This document shows, in pieces, positions 17,090-26,005 of a DNA stretch of 64,000 bases. The stretch comes from an uncultured Ellagibacter sp. (GTDB lineage Bacteria; Actinomycetota; Coriobacteriia; Coriobacteriales; Eggerthellaceae), in NCBI RefSeq assembly GCF_934636505.1, contig NZ_CAKUAL010000001.1, forward strand, positions 6,706-70,705. The letters run 5' to 3'. Numbering within the stretch: position 1 is the first letter of the stretch; every line of letters begins with the position of its first letter. The notes beneath the pieces were generated by a model. That model did not search any database and was not told the origin of the DNA. It saw only the letters and a program-made list of their open reading frames with translations. A program made the translations under genes and the position numbers.

Positions 17090-18478
17090 TTACGCAATCG
17101 GCAGGGTTGCTGTGAAGGTGGTGCCCTCTTCGTCGCTGCTCTTCGCGGTAATCGTGCCGCCGTGCTCTTCTGCGACTTCTTTCGCGATGGAAAGTCCCAG
17201 GCCAAAGCCGCCTGCACCGCTCGTGCGTGCCTTGTCGGCGCGGTAGAAGCGGTCGAACACGTGCTGCAGGTCCTCCGCCGATATGAGCGAACCCGTGTTG
17301 TGCACGATAAATCGCGCGCCCCCATCCTGCGCATGCAACTCGACGCGCACCTTGCCGTTGTCGCCGGCGTACTTGCACGCGTTATCGAGAAGCGTCGTGA
17401 CCAGGCGGCGCAGACGCTCGATCGACCCCTGCGCGGCAATGCCCTCGTCCACGTCGCTTTCCAGCTCGATGTTGCGCTCGAAGGCCACCGATTCGAACTG
17501 CAAAAGCTCGCCTTCCACCAGGTTTGACAGGTCGATGCGCTCCTTCGGCTTCGATTTCACGATGTCGGTCTCCTCGGCGTCGAGGCGCGCCAGAAGAAGC
17601 AGGTCGGCCACGAGCCCCTGCATGCGCTCGCCTTCCGCCTGAGTGCTTTCGACCCACTGGCTCTGGCTTGCGATGGTGCGCTCGGGGTGCGACATGAGAA
17701 TCGAGGTGTTCGCGAGGATGACGGTGAGCGGGGTTTTCAGCTCATGCGAGGCGTCGGCTACGAACTGTCGCTGCTGCTCCCACGCGCGCTTCACCGGGCG
17801 CAGGGCCCAGCGGGAGAAGAACACGCTGATCACGAAGAAGATGGCGAGCGCGACCACGCCGACGCCCGCGAGGGTGAGCGCGAGGGTCTGCCATCCGCTT
17901 GCGGAGCTGACGTCGGCGAACGCGACGCGCTCGATGCCGGTGTCGGAGGTGCGCTTCTCGTAGAACAATCCAAGTTCGGCAAGCTCGCCCGAACCGTCGG
18001 GGGCATCTGCGAGCTGGGATATTGCCTTTTCAAGCACGTCGTCTGCAATCGATGCCGAAGCCGCCGACCCTGCGAGCGCATAGTTGCCGTTCTTCAGGAT
18101 GCGATACACCGCCACGGGGACATGCGGGCCGCTTCCCGCAGGTCCGCCGCCGATTTGCGGAGGGGTGCCATGCCGCGCGCCGTCGTCTTCCTGGTCCCCG
18201 TTCGCCTGGTCGTCGGGGTTGCCCGCGTCCTGCCCCTGGTCTTGCCCGGGGTCGCCCGCATCCTGCTCCTGCGCGCTTTCCTGCCTCTGGGCGTCACCCT
18301 CGGTCAGCGCGAGACCCTTCGACTCCGTGAACGCGATGGCGTTGCTCATCGCTTCGTGCACGGAAGCCACGCTTTGCTGGTAGTTGATGACGCAGATGGC
18401 GGAGAAAATCACGGCGAGCACCACGGCCACGGTGGCCATGTTGAGCGCGATGAACTTGATGCGGAGCTTTTTCAGCAT
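17090..18478 (-). CDS. Sensor histidine kinase (HisKA/HATPase), with an acidic low-complexity periplasmic loop
   Basis: H-box ASHELKTPLT, N-box LLDNACKY, G-box GFGLGLSIA. Two TM helices. Confidence 0.85.
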   Translation of the reverse strand: MLKKLRIKFIALNMATVAVVLAVIFSAICVINYQQSVASVHEAMSNAIAFTESKGLALTEGDAQRQESAQEQDAGDPGQDQGQDAGNPDDQANGDQEDDGARHGTPPQIGGGPAGSGPHVPVAVYRILKNGNYALAGSAASASIADDVLEKAISQLADAPDGSGELAELGLFYEKRTSDTGIERVAFADVSSASGWQTLALTLAGVGVVALAIFFVISVFFSRWALRPVKRAWEQQRQFVADASHELKTPLTVILANTSILMSHPERTIASQSQWVESTQAEGERMQGLVADLLLLARLDAEETDIVKSKPKERIDLSNLVEGELLQFESVAFERNIELESDVDEGIAAQGSIERLRRLVTTLLDNACKYAGDNGKVRVELHAQDGGARFIVHNTGSLISAEDLQHVFDRFYRADKARTSGAGGFGLGLSIAKEVAEEHGGTITAKSSDEEGTTFTATLPIA

Positions 18479-18508
18479 GGGAATCTCTTCGGGGAATGCG
18501 GCGCAGTC

Positions 18509-19210
18509 TTACGCGCTCGCGCGATTGTCGGTTGAGGCGCCTTCTGCGGCGAAGCGATACCCAGCGCCGCGCAATGTCTCGATGCGCGATGCTGATCCCA
18601 AAAACTTCAGCTTCTTGCGCAGGAATGATACGTAGGCTTCTACATTGTTCTCGTCGGCGGCCGCCTCCAGGCCCCACACTTTCTCGATCAGCGTGGCCTT
18701 CGACACCGCGGCGCCTGCGTTCGCCATAAGGACGCGGGCGAGCGAGAATTCCTTGTAGCTGAGGTGAATCGATTGATCGCCGCAGGTCAAGTCGTGGCTT
18801 TCCAGATTTAGCGAAACGTCTCCCGAGGTTATCGCCTCGAAGAGCACCTCGCCTTGGCGGCGCGTGAGGGCGCGCAGGTGCGCCATAAGCTCGGCTGGGG
18901 AAAACGGCTTGGTCATGTAATCGTCGGCGCCCGAATCGAGCCCGCAAATTTTGTCGGGCACGGCGTCGCGCGCGGTCAGGAGCAGCACGGGCGTGTTCAC
19001 GCCGGCGCGCCGCAGGTTCGACACGACGGTGAACCCGTCCATCTTCGGCAACATCACGTCGAGGATGACGACGTCGTAAATGCCGCTTTCCGCATAATCA
19101 AGCCCCGACTGCCCGTCGTGCACGGCGTCAGTTTTGTAGCCGCTTTCCTCGAGGATGCGGCAAAGTGCCTGGGCAAGGCGTACATCATCTTCGACTACGA
19201 GAATCTGCAC
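18509..19210 (-). CDS. OmpR/PhoB-family response regulator
   Basis: Receiver domain (ILVVEDD, DVVILDVMLP, TARD, KPF) and winged-helix C-terminus (RGAGYRF). GTG start behind AGGAG. Confidence 0.85.
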   Translation of the reverse strand: MQILVVEDDVRLAQALCRILEESGYKTDAVHDGQSGLDYAESGIYDVVILDVMLPKMDGFTVVSNLRRAGVNTPVLLLTARDAVPDKICGLDSGADDYMTKPFSPAELMAHLRALTRRQGEVLFEAITSGDVSLNLESHDLTCGDQSIHLSYKEFSLARVLMANAGAAVSKATLIEKVWGLEAAADENNVEAYVSFLRKKLKFLGSASRIETLRGAGYRFAAEGASTDNRASA

Positions 19211-19390
19211 AGCGCTCCTCTTTCACGTTCGGTGCTTTCTTGATTGGAATACTAGCACGGTTTTGCGAAGGAAATGTCCCGACGCGGGTCCTTGCGGACG
19301 CCCCGCCGAGACGCGAACGGCCGCCACCGCCTCCGCGCTGGGGATCGTGGATGGGGCGGTTGCGGCCGTGAGGCTATTGTCGGGGACGAC

Positions 19391-19458
19391 CCTGAAAACA
19401 ACCTGAAAGAAACTGCCCGATTTTTAGGTTTGAGCGTTTCTTTCAGGGTTCTTTCAGG
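19391..19458. promoter_or_regulatory. Candidate response-regulator operator: four CCTGAAA half-sites
   Basis: CCTGAAA at 19391 and 19402 (11-nt spacing). TTTCAGG at 19441 and 19452 (11-nt spacing). Located in the divergent region between the RR gene and the VTC gene. Confidence 0.4.
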
Positions 19459-19606
19459 GGCGCTTCGTAGCATTCGGGGTGTCGGCAGGCGGGGCCATTT
19501 CCCTCTCCTCCTCCCTTTCCTGTATCGGTGATCGGCCCCGCGCCGCCGACGGCACAACCGCCCAAGGGACGACTTTTCGCCCCTCTCCAAAAGGAAGCAT
19601 ATACCT

Positions 19607-20428
19607 ATGACGAGCTATCAAGAGGTTTTCGAGCGCAAGGAAGTCAAGTACCGCCTCGATGCAGCTCAGCGCCATGCGATGCTTGCGGCGCTCGAGGGGC
19701 GTATGGCTGTCGACGATTACGGGACGACGAGCATCGTCAGCCGCTATTTCGACACGCCCGACCGGGCGCTTATCGAGCGATCGTTGGACAAGCCCCTCTA
19801 CAAGGAGAAGCTCCGCGTGCGCAGCTACGGCATCCCCGGCGAGGACGACCAGGTGTTCGTCGAGCTCAAGAAGAAATACAAGGGCATCGTGTATAAGCGT
19901 CGCGTCGGTTGCTCGTACGCGGCAGCGCGGGCGTACATGGGCGGGATGCCTTATGAGCAGGCGTGTTGCGAATTTCCGCTGCCCGATCAGATTCTCGCCG
20001 AAGCGTCGCTTTCGCCGCGGAGTTTGCAGATTGCGCGCGAAATCGATGCCTTCAAGGAGCGCTATACCTCGCTGCGCGCATCGATGGTGACGATCTGCGA
20101 CCGCACGGCGTACGCGCCTCTCGCGATTGGCGGGGAAGGTGAGGCGGCCGACGTTCCCTCGACGCTGCGCATCACCTTCGACGAGAACGTGTCGTATCGC
20201 GACCTGTTCGAGGAGGCGCGTGTCGCGCAGGCGTCGCGCAGGCGCCCGCCCGTCGGGTTCGGCATGCCGCGCCCGCTTCTGCCTGCTGACGAGTCGATCA
20301 TGGAGGTGAAGTGCGCCGGTCCCTTCCCGCTGTGGCTCGTCGACGCGCTCGACGGTTGCGAGGCGTACCCCTCGTCGTTCTCCAAATATGGCGCGGCCTA
20401 TCAGGCGAGCATGCGCAAGGCGTCGTAA
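19607..20428 (+). CDS. VTC-domain (polyphosphate polymerase-like) protein
   Basis: N-terminus FERKEVKYRL...SRYFDTP...YKEKLRVRSYG resembles the bacterial VTC (PF09359-type) family. Confidence 0.65.
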   Translation: MTSYQEVFERKEVKYRLDAAQRHAMLAALEGRMAVDDYGTTSIVSRYFDTPDRALIERSLDKPLYKEKLRVRSYGIPGEDDQVFVELKKKYKGIVYKRRVGCSYAAARAYMGGMPYEQACCEFPLPDQILAEASLSPRSLQIAREIDAFKERYTSLRASMVTICDRTAYAPLAIGGEGEAADVPSTLRITFDENVSYRDLFEEARVAQASRRRPPVGFGMPRPLLPADESIMEVKCAGPFPLWLVDALDGCEAYPSSFSKYGAAYQASMRKAS

Positions 20429-20568
20429 GGAAGGCGATGCGGTTGCAGAAAATGGCGCGGCTCTGTTCACGTGGATGATTCGCCGTGCTTTGCGTGCAGC
20501 TTGGGAAGGCTACGGCTGCGGGTTCGGGAAGGGTCGGCCGGCATTCTGCTCGGAAAATGGGAAGCGAG

Positions 20569-20718
20569 GGACAAAAAACGCCGATATGTGAGTCGCTTTC
20601 GAGTTGGCCGACAAAGAAGGTCATGGCGTTTTCGCATAAGGCCAGGTCGCAACTTCTCGCCTTCTGCTTGCGCCTCTTCCTCGGCGCAAAGCGACTCACA
20701 TATCGGCGTTTTTTGTCC
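20569..20718. repeat. MITE-like element/hairpin with 31-bp perfect terminal inverted repeats
   Basis: GGACAAAAAACGCCGATATGTGAGTCGCTTT (20569-20599) is the exact reverse complement of 20688-20718. An 88-bp spacer separates them. Confidence 0.85.
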
Positions 20719-20833
20719 ACGGCGCATCGAATTTCGGGAAGAAGAGGTTTGGAGGGCTTCTTTCCCTCAGTTTTCGTCCCCGTTCATGCGCGCGACTCGT
20801 CTTCGATAACCTCTCCTCAAGAAAGGATTCTCC

Positions 20834-21532
20834 ATGTCGGATCTTATGTTCTCGTCGGTGTTCGGAACCGCCGACTCGCTCGTCTCGTCGGTTTCGGCGT
20901 CGAGCTTTCTTTTGTGTTCCGTCGTGTCTATCGCCCTCGGTCTCGTAATCGCCGGGGTCTACATGTTCCGTCATCGGTACTCGAAGAACTTCGTGGTTAC
21001 GCTGGCGCTTCTGCCGCTCATCGTGCAGATGGTGATTACCCTGGTCAACGGCAACCTTGGCGCGGGCATCGCCGTCATGGGCGTGTTCAATCTGGTGCGT
21101 TTCCGCTCCATTCCCGGCAGCGCAAAGGACATCGGCAGCGTGTTTCTGGCGATGGCGGTGGGCCTTGCCACGGGCATGGGCTTTCTCGGCCTGGCGGTTC
21201 TGTTCACCGCAATCATCGCGGTCGTGAACGTGGCGTATGTGCTCTCGCCCCTCGGCCGTCCGCGCGAAGCGGAGAAGACGCTTAAGATCATCGTCCCCGA
21301 GGACCTGGAATTCGACGGCATCTTCGACGACGTGCTCGATCGTTTCGCCGCCGAGCACGAGCTCACCGAAGTGACCACGTCGAACATGGGAAGCCTCTAC
21401 ACGCTGGAGTACACGCTGCGCCTTCGTGAGCCCGGCATGGAGAAACGCCTGATCGACGAGGTGCGCTGTCTTAATGGGAACTTGAAGGTGACGCTCGGGA
21501 AATGCGAGCTCAAGCCGCAGGGGGTGTTGTAG
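20834..21532 (+). CDS. DUF4956-like membrane protein
   Basis: Four or five TM helices. The segment LVRFRSIPGSAKDIGSVFLAMAVGLATG is typical of the family that accompanies bacterial VTC proteins. Confidence 0.6.
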   Translation: MSDLMFSSVFGTADSLVSSVSASSFLLCSVVSIALGLVIAGVYMFRHRYSKNFVVTLALLPLIVQMVITLVNGNLGAGIAVMGVFNLVRFRSIPGSAKDIGSVFLAMAVGLATGMGFLGLAVLFTAIIAVVNVAYVLSPLGRPREAEKTLKIIVPEDLEFDGIFDDVLDRFAAEHELTEVTTSNMGSLYTLEYTLRLREPGMEKRLIDEVRCLNGNLKVTLGKCELKPQGVL

Positions 21533-21571
21533 AGATGGGGAAGCGCACGGTTGAGAAGGCGAGCTGCGAGA

Positions 21572-21750
21572 GGGGGCTCTTCGGCAACGCCCAGTCGCTC
21601 AAACAGTCCTCGCTTCGCTGCGGAACTCGCTTTGTGGGCGCCGCCGAAGAGCCCCGTCAGGTCGCGGCCCGTCCCTCCGGCAACGCCCAGTCGCTCAAAC
21701 AGTCCTCGCTGCGCTGCGGAACTCGCTTTGTGGGCGCCGCCGAAGGGGCC
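21572..21750 (+). repeat. Two tandem copies of an ~80-nt REP-like palindromic-ended element
   Basis: Copy 1 (21572-21655) is bounded by GGGGCTCTTCGGC...GCCGAAGAGCCCC. Copy 2 (about 21672-21750) shares the core GGCAACGCCCAGTCGCTCAAACAGTCCTCGCT..GCTGCGGAACTCGCTTTGTGGGCGCCGCCGAAG. Confidence 0.85.
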
Positions 21751-21762
21751 AGGTCGGGTTGC

Positions 21763-23829
21763 ATGAGGCGTCTTGCCGCACTTTGTATCGCCGCTGTGCT
21801 CGTTTTCTCGCTTTCGGGGCTGGGCGGCTGCTCGGGCGCAGAGTCTTCTTCTGCGGCGTCGAGCAGCGCTGCCGCAACGGCCGACTCGGAGTCTTCCGCC
21901 TTTGAAGACGTTGCCGCAGCTTTCGACGTTTCGGCTCTTGACCTGGACTATTCGAATCGCGACCTGGACGCAAGCTACAACGAGGCATCTGCCACGCGCA
22001 TCACGCTTTCGGGGTCGTCTGCGAGCGTTGACGGCTCGGGCGCCGCAGTCGATGGCTCGACGGTGACCATCTCATCGGAAGGAACCTACATTATCTCAGG
22101 CGAGCTTTCGTCGGGGCAGATCGTCGTCGATGCGTCCGATGACGCGAAGGTTCAGCTGGTACTTGCGGGGGCGACTATCCACAACGAGAACGGTCCCGCA
22201 ATCTATGCGAAAAACGCCGATAAATGCTTCGTGACCTTGGCCGATGGTACGCAAAACTCGCTTTCCGACGGTACCGACTACGCGCTCGAAGATGACTCCG
22301 ATGAGCCGTACGCGACGCTCTTTTGCCGCTGCGACCTCGCCATCAACGGCGCGGGGGCTCTCAACGTCACAGCGAATTACCGCCACGGCATCTGCTCGAA
22401 GGACGACTTGGTTGTCACGGGTGGCATGCTGAACGTGACGGCAGTCGAGGATTGCCTGCGCGGTCGCGATTGCGTGAAGATTGCCGACGGCACGTTCAGC
22501 CTGGTGGCGGGAGGTGACGGCATCAAGTCGAACAAGGACACGAAGGCCGCGCAGGGTTTCGTGAGCATCACAGGCGGTACCTTCGCAATCAACGCGGGCG
22601 ACGACGCGGTGCAGGGGAAGACCTATATTGGCATCACGGGCGGAACGTTCGGCGTGACCTCGGCCGATGACGCGTTCCATTCCGACTTGCAGATGGCGAT
22701 TGCAGGCGGTGGCTTCACGGTGAGCGCGGGCGATGATGCCTTCCATGCGGAAACCGAGCTTGCGGTCGACGACGGCACCATTAACGTGGCCAGCTGCTAT
22801 GAAGGCCTCGAGGCGGAAAAAGTATACGTGAACGGCGGTGATACTTCCATCGTGGCGTCCGATGACGCGGTCAACGCAAGCGCTGCCGACCTCTCGGATA
22901 GCTCGGCCGATTACGAGGAAGCTAATGATAGTGGCGCTCCTGGTGAGGACGGTATTGCTGTCAATGGAAAAACGCCAGGCGAAGGCGGGCCTGCCTCGGG
23001 TGGAAGCCCTGCGGATGGCGCTAACTTCCCAGGTGGTGACCAGGGTGGATTGAGCGGCCAGGTTCCGCAAGGCAGTGCCCAGGGGCAGGGCGAGGGGCAG
23101 GCTCAGAACGGCACCCCGCAAGGCGAAGCGGCCCAAGGTGACGCACTGCGGGGTGACCAAGGCGGCATGCAAGGTGAAGGCGGGCCCTCCCAGGGTGCTG
23201 GCAGCCAGGGCGATGCTCCCCAGGGCGGCCAAGGTGGCTCACCCCAGGATGCTGGCAATCAGGGCGGTGCCCCTGGCGCAGGTTCTTCCGACTGCCTTAT
23301 CCAGATCAACGGCGGAACGCTCGTGCTCGACTCGGCGGGCGATGCCATCGACAGCAACGGCAGCGTGGAAATCACGGGCGGTACGGTGCTCGTCAACGGC
23401 CCGTCGAGCGATGGTGATGGCGCGTTTGACTACGACAGCGAGGCGACCGTCTCGGGTGGTACGGTGCTCATGATCGGCTCATCGCGCATGGCGCAGAGTT
23501 TCTCGAGCGGCACTCAGCTGTTTCTCTACACCGCGAACGTGAGCGGCAGCGCGGGCGAGACGGTCGCAATTGTGGACGCAAACGGCAATGTGATTGCGTC
23601 GATGACAGCTACCAAGCAATTCGGCATGGTGCTGGCAAGCAGCCCGAAGTTTACCGAAGGTGGGGAATATTCTCTGGTGATAGGCGGAGTGTTGACGAAC
23701 GTGGATGCGCATGGCTATACCGATTCCGGGACCGTCTCGGGCGGTAGCTCGATTTCTGCAACCGCGAGCACCACGCCTTCGTCGAGCGTAGGAGGCGTGG
23801 GGTCGGGTCCTGGCGCACGGGGTCGGTAA
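21763..23829 (+). CDS. Lipoprotein with Cthe_2159-like carbohydrate-binding beta-helix repeats and a Gly/Gln-rich insert
   Basis: Lipobox LSGLGGC. Recurrent (A/G)GDDA(V/F)(H/Q/N) and GGDGIKS turns. The start was moved to ATG 21763 because the upstream 87 codons are the REP-like repeats. Confidence 0.65.
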   Translation: MRRLAALCIAAVLVFSLSGLGGCSGAESSSAASSSAAATADSESSAFEDVAAAFDVSALDLDYSNRDLDASYNEASATRITLSGSSASVDGSGAAVDGSTVTISSEGTYIISGELSSGQIVVDASDDAKVQLVLAGATIHNENGPAIYAKNADKCFVTLADGTQNSLSDGTDYALEDDSDEPYATLFCRCDLAINGAGALNVTANYRHGICSKDDLVVTGGMLNVTAVEDCLRGRDCVKIADGTFSLVAGGDGIKSNKDTKAAQGFVSITGGTFAINAGDDAVQGKTYIGITGGTFGVTSADDAFHSDLQMAIAGGGFTVSAGDDAFHAETELAVDDGTINVASCYEGLEAEKVYVNGGDTSIVASDDAVNASAADLSDSSADYEEANDSGAPGEDGIAVNGKTPGEGGPASGGSPADGANFPGGDQGGLSGQVPQGSAQGQGEGQAQNGTPQGEAAQGDALRGDQGGMQGEGGPSQGAGSQGDAPQGGQGGSPQDAGNQGGAPGAGSSDCLIQINGGTLVLDSAGDAIDSNGSVEITGGTVLVNGPSSDGDGAFDYDSEATVSGGTVLMIGSSRMAQSFSSGTQLFLYTANVSGSAGETVAIVDANGNVIASMTATKQFGMVLASSPKFTEGGEYSLVIGGVLTNVDAHGYTDSGTVSGGSSISATASTTPSSSVGGVGSGPGARGR

Positions 23830-23838
23830 ATGACTGGC

Positions 23839-23878
23839 GGGCGGCGCTTCTGACGCGGAGAGGACGCCGCCCCGTTTT
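23839..23878 (+). terminator. Rho-independent terminator
   Basis: Stem GGGCGGCG / CGCCGCCC followed by CGTTTT. Confidence 0.55.
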
Positions 23879-23907
23879 GACGGGCGAGCCTTACTGGGCG
23901 GGGATGC

Positions 23908-24279
23908 TTACTCTCCGCCCGCGACAACGGTGACGGTTCCCCCGTCCATTTCTTTCGTTATCTGAAGTTCGTATTGTGACAATAAGCAAGTATCACCAGA
24001 GCAGATATCTGTGGTGTGCGTGCAGACAAGTGCTTTCGGAATAGCGAGACGGCCGTTTTCGTCGGCGAATTGCCGATCCATGGCTTCATGGCTGGGGCAG
24101 TCCCAAGGAGTGCTGTCGACCTCCGCATAGGGTATGGGCTGTTCTGACGCATCTACGATTTGCAGGGTGAAAGCGACATAGCGAGCGGTTGGCTGCATGA
24201 CGGCGATTGCCGCGCCGATTGCTACGACAATCGCGACGACAAGAAGCGCTGGAAGTACGACCCGCCTAGTCGTAATCAT
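23908..24279 (-). CDS. Hypothetical membrane-anchored Cys-containing protein
   Basis: N-terminal TM helix (VVLPALLVVAIVVAIGAAIAV). AAAGGA RBS. Locally lower GC. Confidence 0.5.
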   Translation of the reverse strand: MITTRRVVLPALLVVAIVVAIGAAIAVMQPTARYVAFTLQIVDASEQPIPYAEVDSTPWDCPSHEAMDRQFADENGRLAIPKALVCTHTTDICSGDTCLLSQYELQITKEMDGGTVTVVAGGE

Positions 24280-24380
24280 ATGGGATTATCCTTTCTGTTT
24301 GAGGATAAATGCTATAGAAATGTTATCAATAAATCTAGAAGGTGCGTGCAAGTTCTTTACGGGTTGGTTCTTGTGGGAAG

Positions 24381-24603
24381 AAGTGCGCTTTTGGAGAGGG
24401 GGACATGCCAGAAATCGGGCACTCTTCATCATCTCTGGGAGCGAACGCGGGGAGTCGGGGAATGCGACTCGGATGCTGGCCTTCTCTGAACTGGCCTTAT
24501 GCCCGCATGCCGTTCGCGGTGACCTGCCGCAGGGCGCGAAGATCGCCTCCTAGGGGCCGCTCGTTGATGAAAACCGCCCGATTTCTGGCAGGTTGGGGCG
24601 TTC
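24381..24603 (+). repeat. Repeat A, copy 1: MITE-like ~220-bp element with 15-bp terminal inverted repeats
   Basis: Roughly 85% identical by eye to 27943-28166. TGCCAGAAATCGGGC at 24406-24420 pairs with GCCCGATTTCTGGCA at 24576-24590. Confidence 0.8.
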
Positions 24604-24826
24604 TTGAGCGCAGAGGGTTGCGACTCCCCGTCATGACGAGCTAATATATGTCATGACATCCTGAAAGGAGACCAGCTATATGAAGTCAAGGGATAATCCG
24701 AAGTTTTTTGAAGCCGAGTAGGTTTATCCGATTAACGCACTTTGACAGCCGAATATCGAATGCTTTTGGGCGCAATGGGGCGCATCGCAGATGCGATGGC
24801 GGCTAGGGCGGATATGCCAACCGGGG

Positions 24827-26005
24827 CTACTTGGCCGGGTCGTACGGCTTCCCGTCGCGCATGACGGCGTAGACGACGTGGCACAGCTTCCTCGCCACGG
24901 CGGTGACCGCGACGCGGTGGGGCTTGCCCTTGCGGCGCAGCTTGTCGTAGTACTCCTTGAGCCTCGGGTCGTACTGCCTGGCCCGGTTCGCGGCCAGCCA
25001 CAGCGACCTGCGCAGGTAGGGCGAGCCGTGCTTGGTTATGGGAACGCCCTCGGCCGAGTACTTGCCCGACTCGTCGACGCCGGAGTTGAGCCCCGCGTAC
25101 TTCACGATCGACGCGGCGTTCCTGAACCTCTTCACGTCGCCGATCTCGGCGACGATCTGGGCGTCGGTCGTCGTGGACACGCCGGGGATGGTCGTGATGT
25201 TGGGCTCGACCTTCCCGAGGAGCGAGGCGACCTCCTTCTCGACCTTGGCAATCGTGGCGTTCAGGAACTCGACCTGCGAGACCATCGTCCTGATCTGGAA
25301 CGAGGCGGCCTCCTCGCCGAGCCTTATGCCGACCGACGATTTTGCCGCGGCCTTGACCTCGGCGGCCTTGGCGTCGCCGAGCCTGCCGCGCGAGCCCTCC
25401 GACAGCAGCTTCGCTATCGAGGACGCCCGCTTGCGGGCGACCTCGGAGGGCGTCGGGCATTCCGCGAGCACCTTGAGCGACGCGGCCCCGAACATGTCGG
25501 AGAACAGCGCCGCGTATTCCGGGAAGTAGGCGTCGAGCACGCATATGGCCTGGGTCTTCACGGCGGCGAGCTCCTGCTTGAGCCCCTGGTGGTAGCGGGT
25601 GAGCTGCTTGAGCGCCTGCACCTCGTCGGTGGCCAGCCTCGTCTCGTCGTAGTCGCCCTGGCGCAGCGTCTCGGCTATGAGCCAAGAGTCGATGCGGTCG
25701 TTCTTCACGCCGGACAGGCTCTTGAGCTTGCGCATGGCGTGCACCTGCATGGGGTTGACGACGCACACGCGGTAGCCCGCGGCCATCAGGTAGGCGAAGC
25801 AGGCCTTCCAGTAGTGGCCGGTGGCCTCCATGCCGACGAACACGTCGTCCTCCGACTCGGCGACGGACTCCAGCCAGGCTATGCACCTCCCGAAGCCGGC
25901 CTCGCTGTTCTTGAACTTCATGGGCCTTGCGGCCTCGGCCCCCGTCTCGTCGACGGCGCCGATCACGTGGTCCACCTTGGCGATGTCCACACCTGCGTAG
26001 ATCAT
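24827..26005 (-). CDS. IS110-family transposase (DEDD RuvC-like N-domain plus Transposase_20 C-domain)
   Basis: MIYAGVDIAK...GMEATGHYW...VNPMQV...KNDRIDSWLIAE and C-terminal IPGVS...AGLNSGVDESGK...ITKHGSPYLRR. AAGGAG RBS. Confidence 0.9.
   Translation of the reverse strand: MIYAGVDIAKVDHVIGAVDETGAEAARPMKFKNSEAGFGRCIAWLESVAESEDDVFVGMEATGHYWKACFAYLMAAGYRVCVVNPMQVHAMRKLKSLSGVKNDRIDSWLIAETLRQGDYDETRLATDEVQALKQLTRYHQGLKQELAAVKTQAICVLDAYFPEYAALFSDMFGAASLKVLAECPTPSEVARKRASSIAKLLSEGSRGRLGDAKAAEVKAAAKSSVGIRLGEEAASFQIRTMVSQVEFLNATIAKVEKEVASLLGKVEPNITTIPGVSTTTDAQIVAEIGDVKRFRNAASIVKYAGLNSGVDESGKYSAEGVPITKHGSPYLRRSLWLAANRARQYDPRLKEYYDKLRRKGKPHRVAVTAVARKLCHVVYAVMRDGKPYDPAK

Noticed and set aside
21502-21762. 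87-codon N-terminal extension of the beta-helix lipoprotein (duplicated peptide GNAQSLKQSSLRCGTRFVGAAE)
   Set aside because: It is encoded by two copies of a dispersed non-coding repeat. A proper lipoprotein signal begins at ATG 21763.
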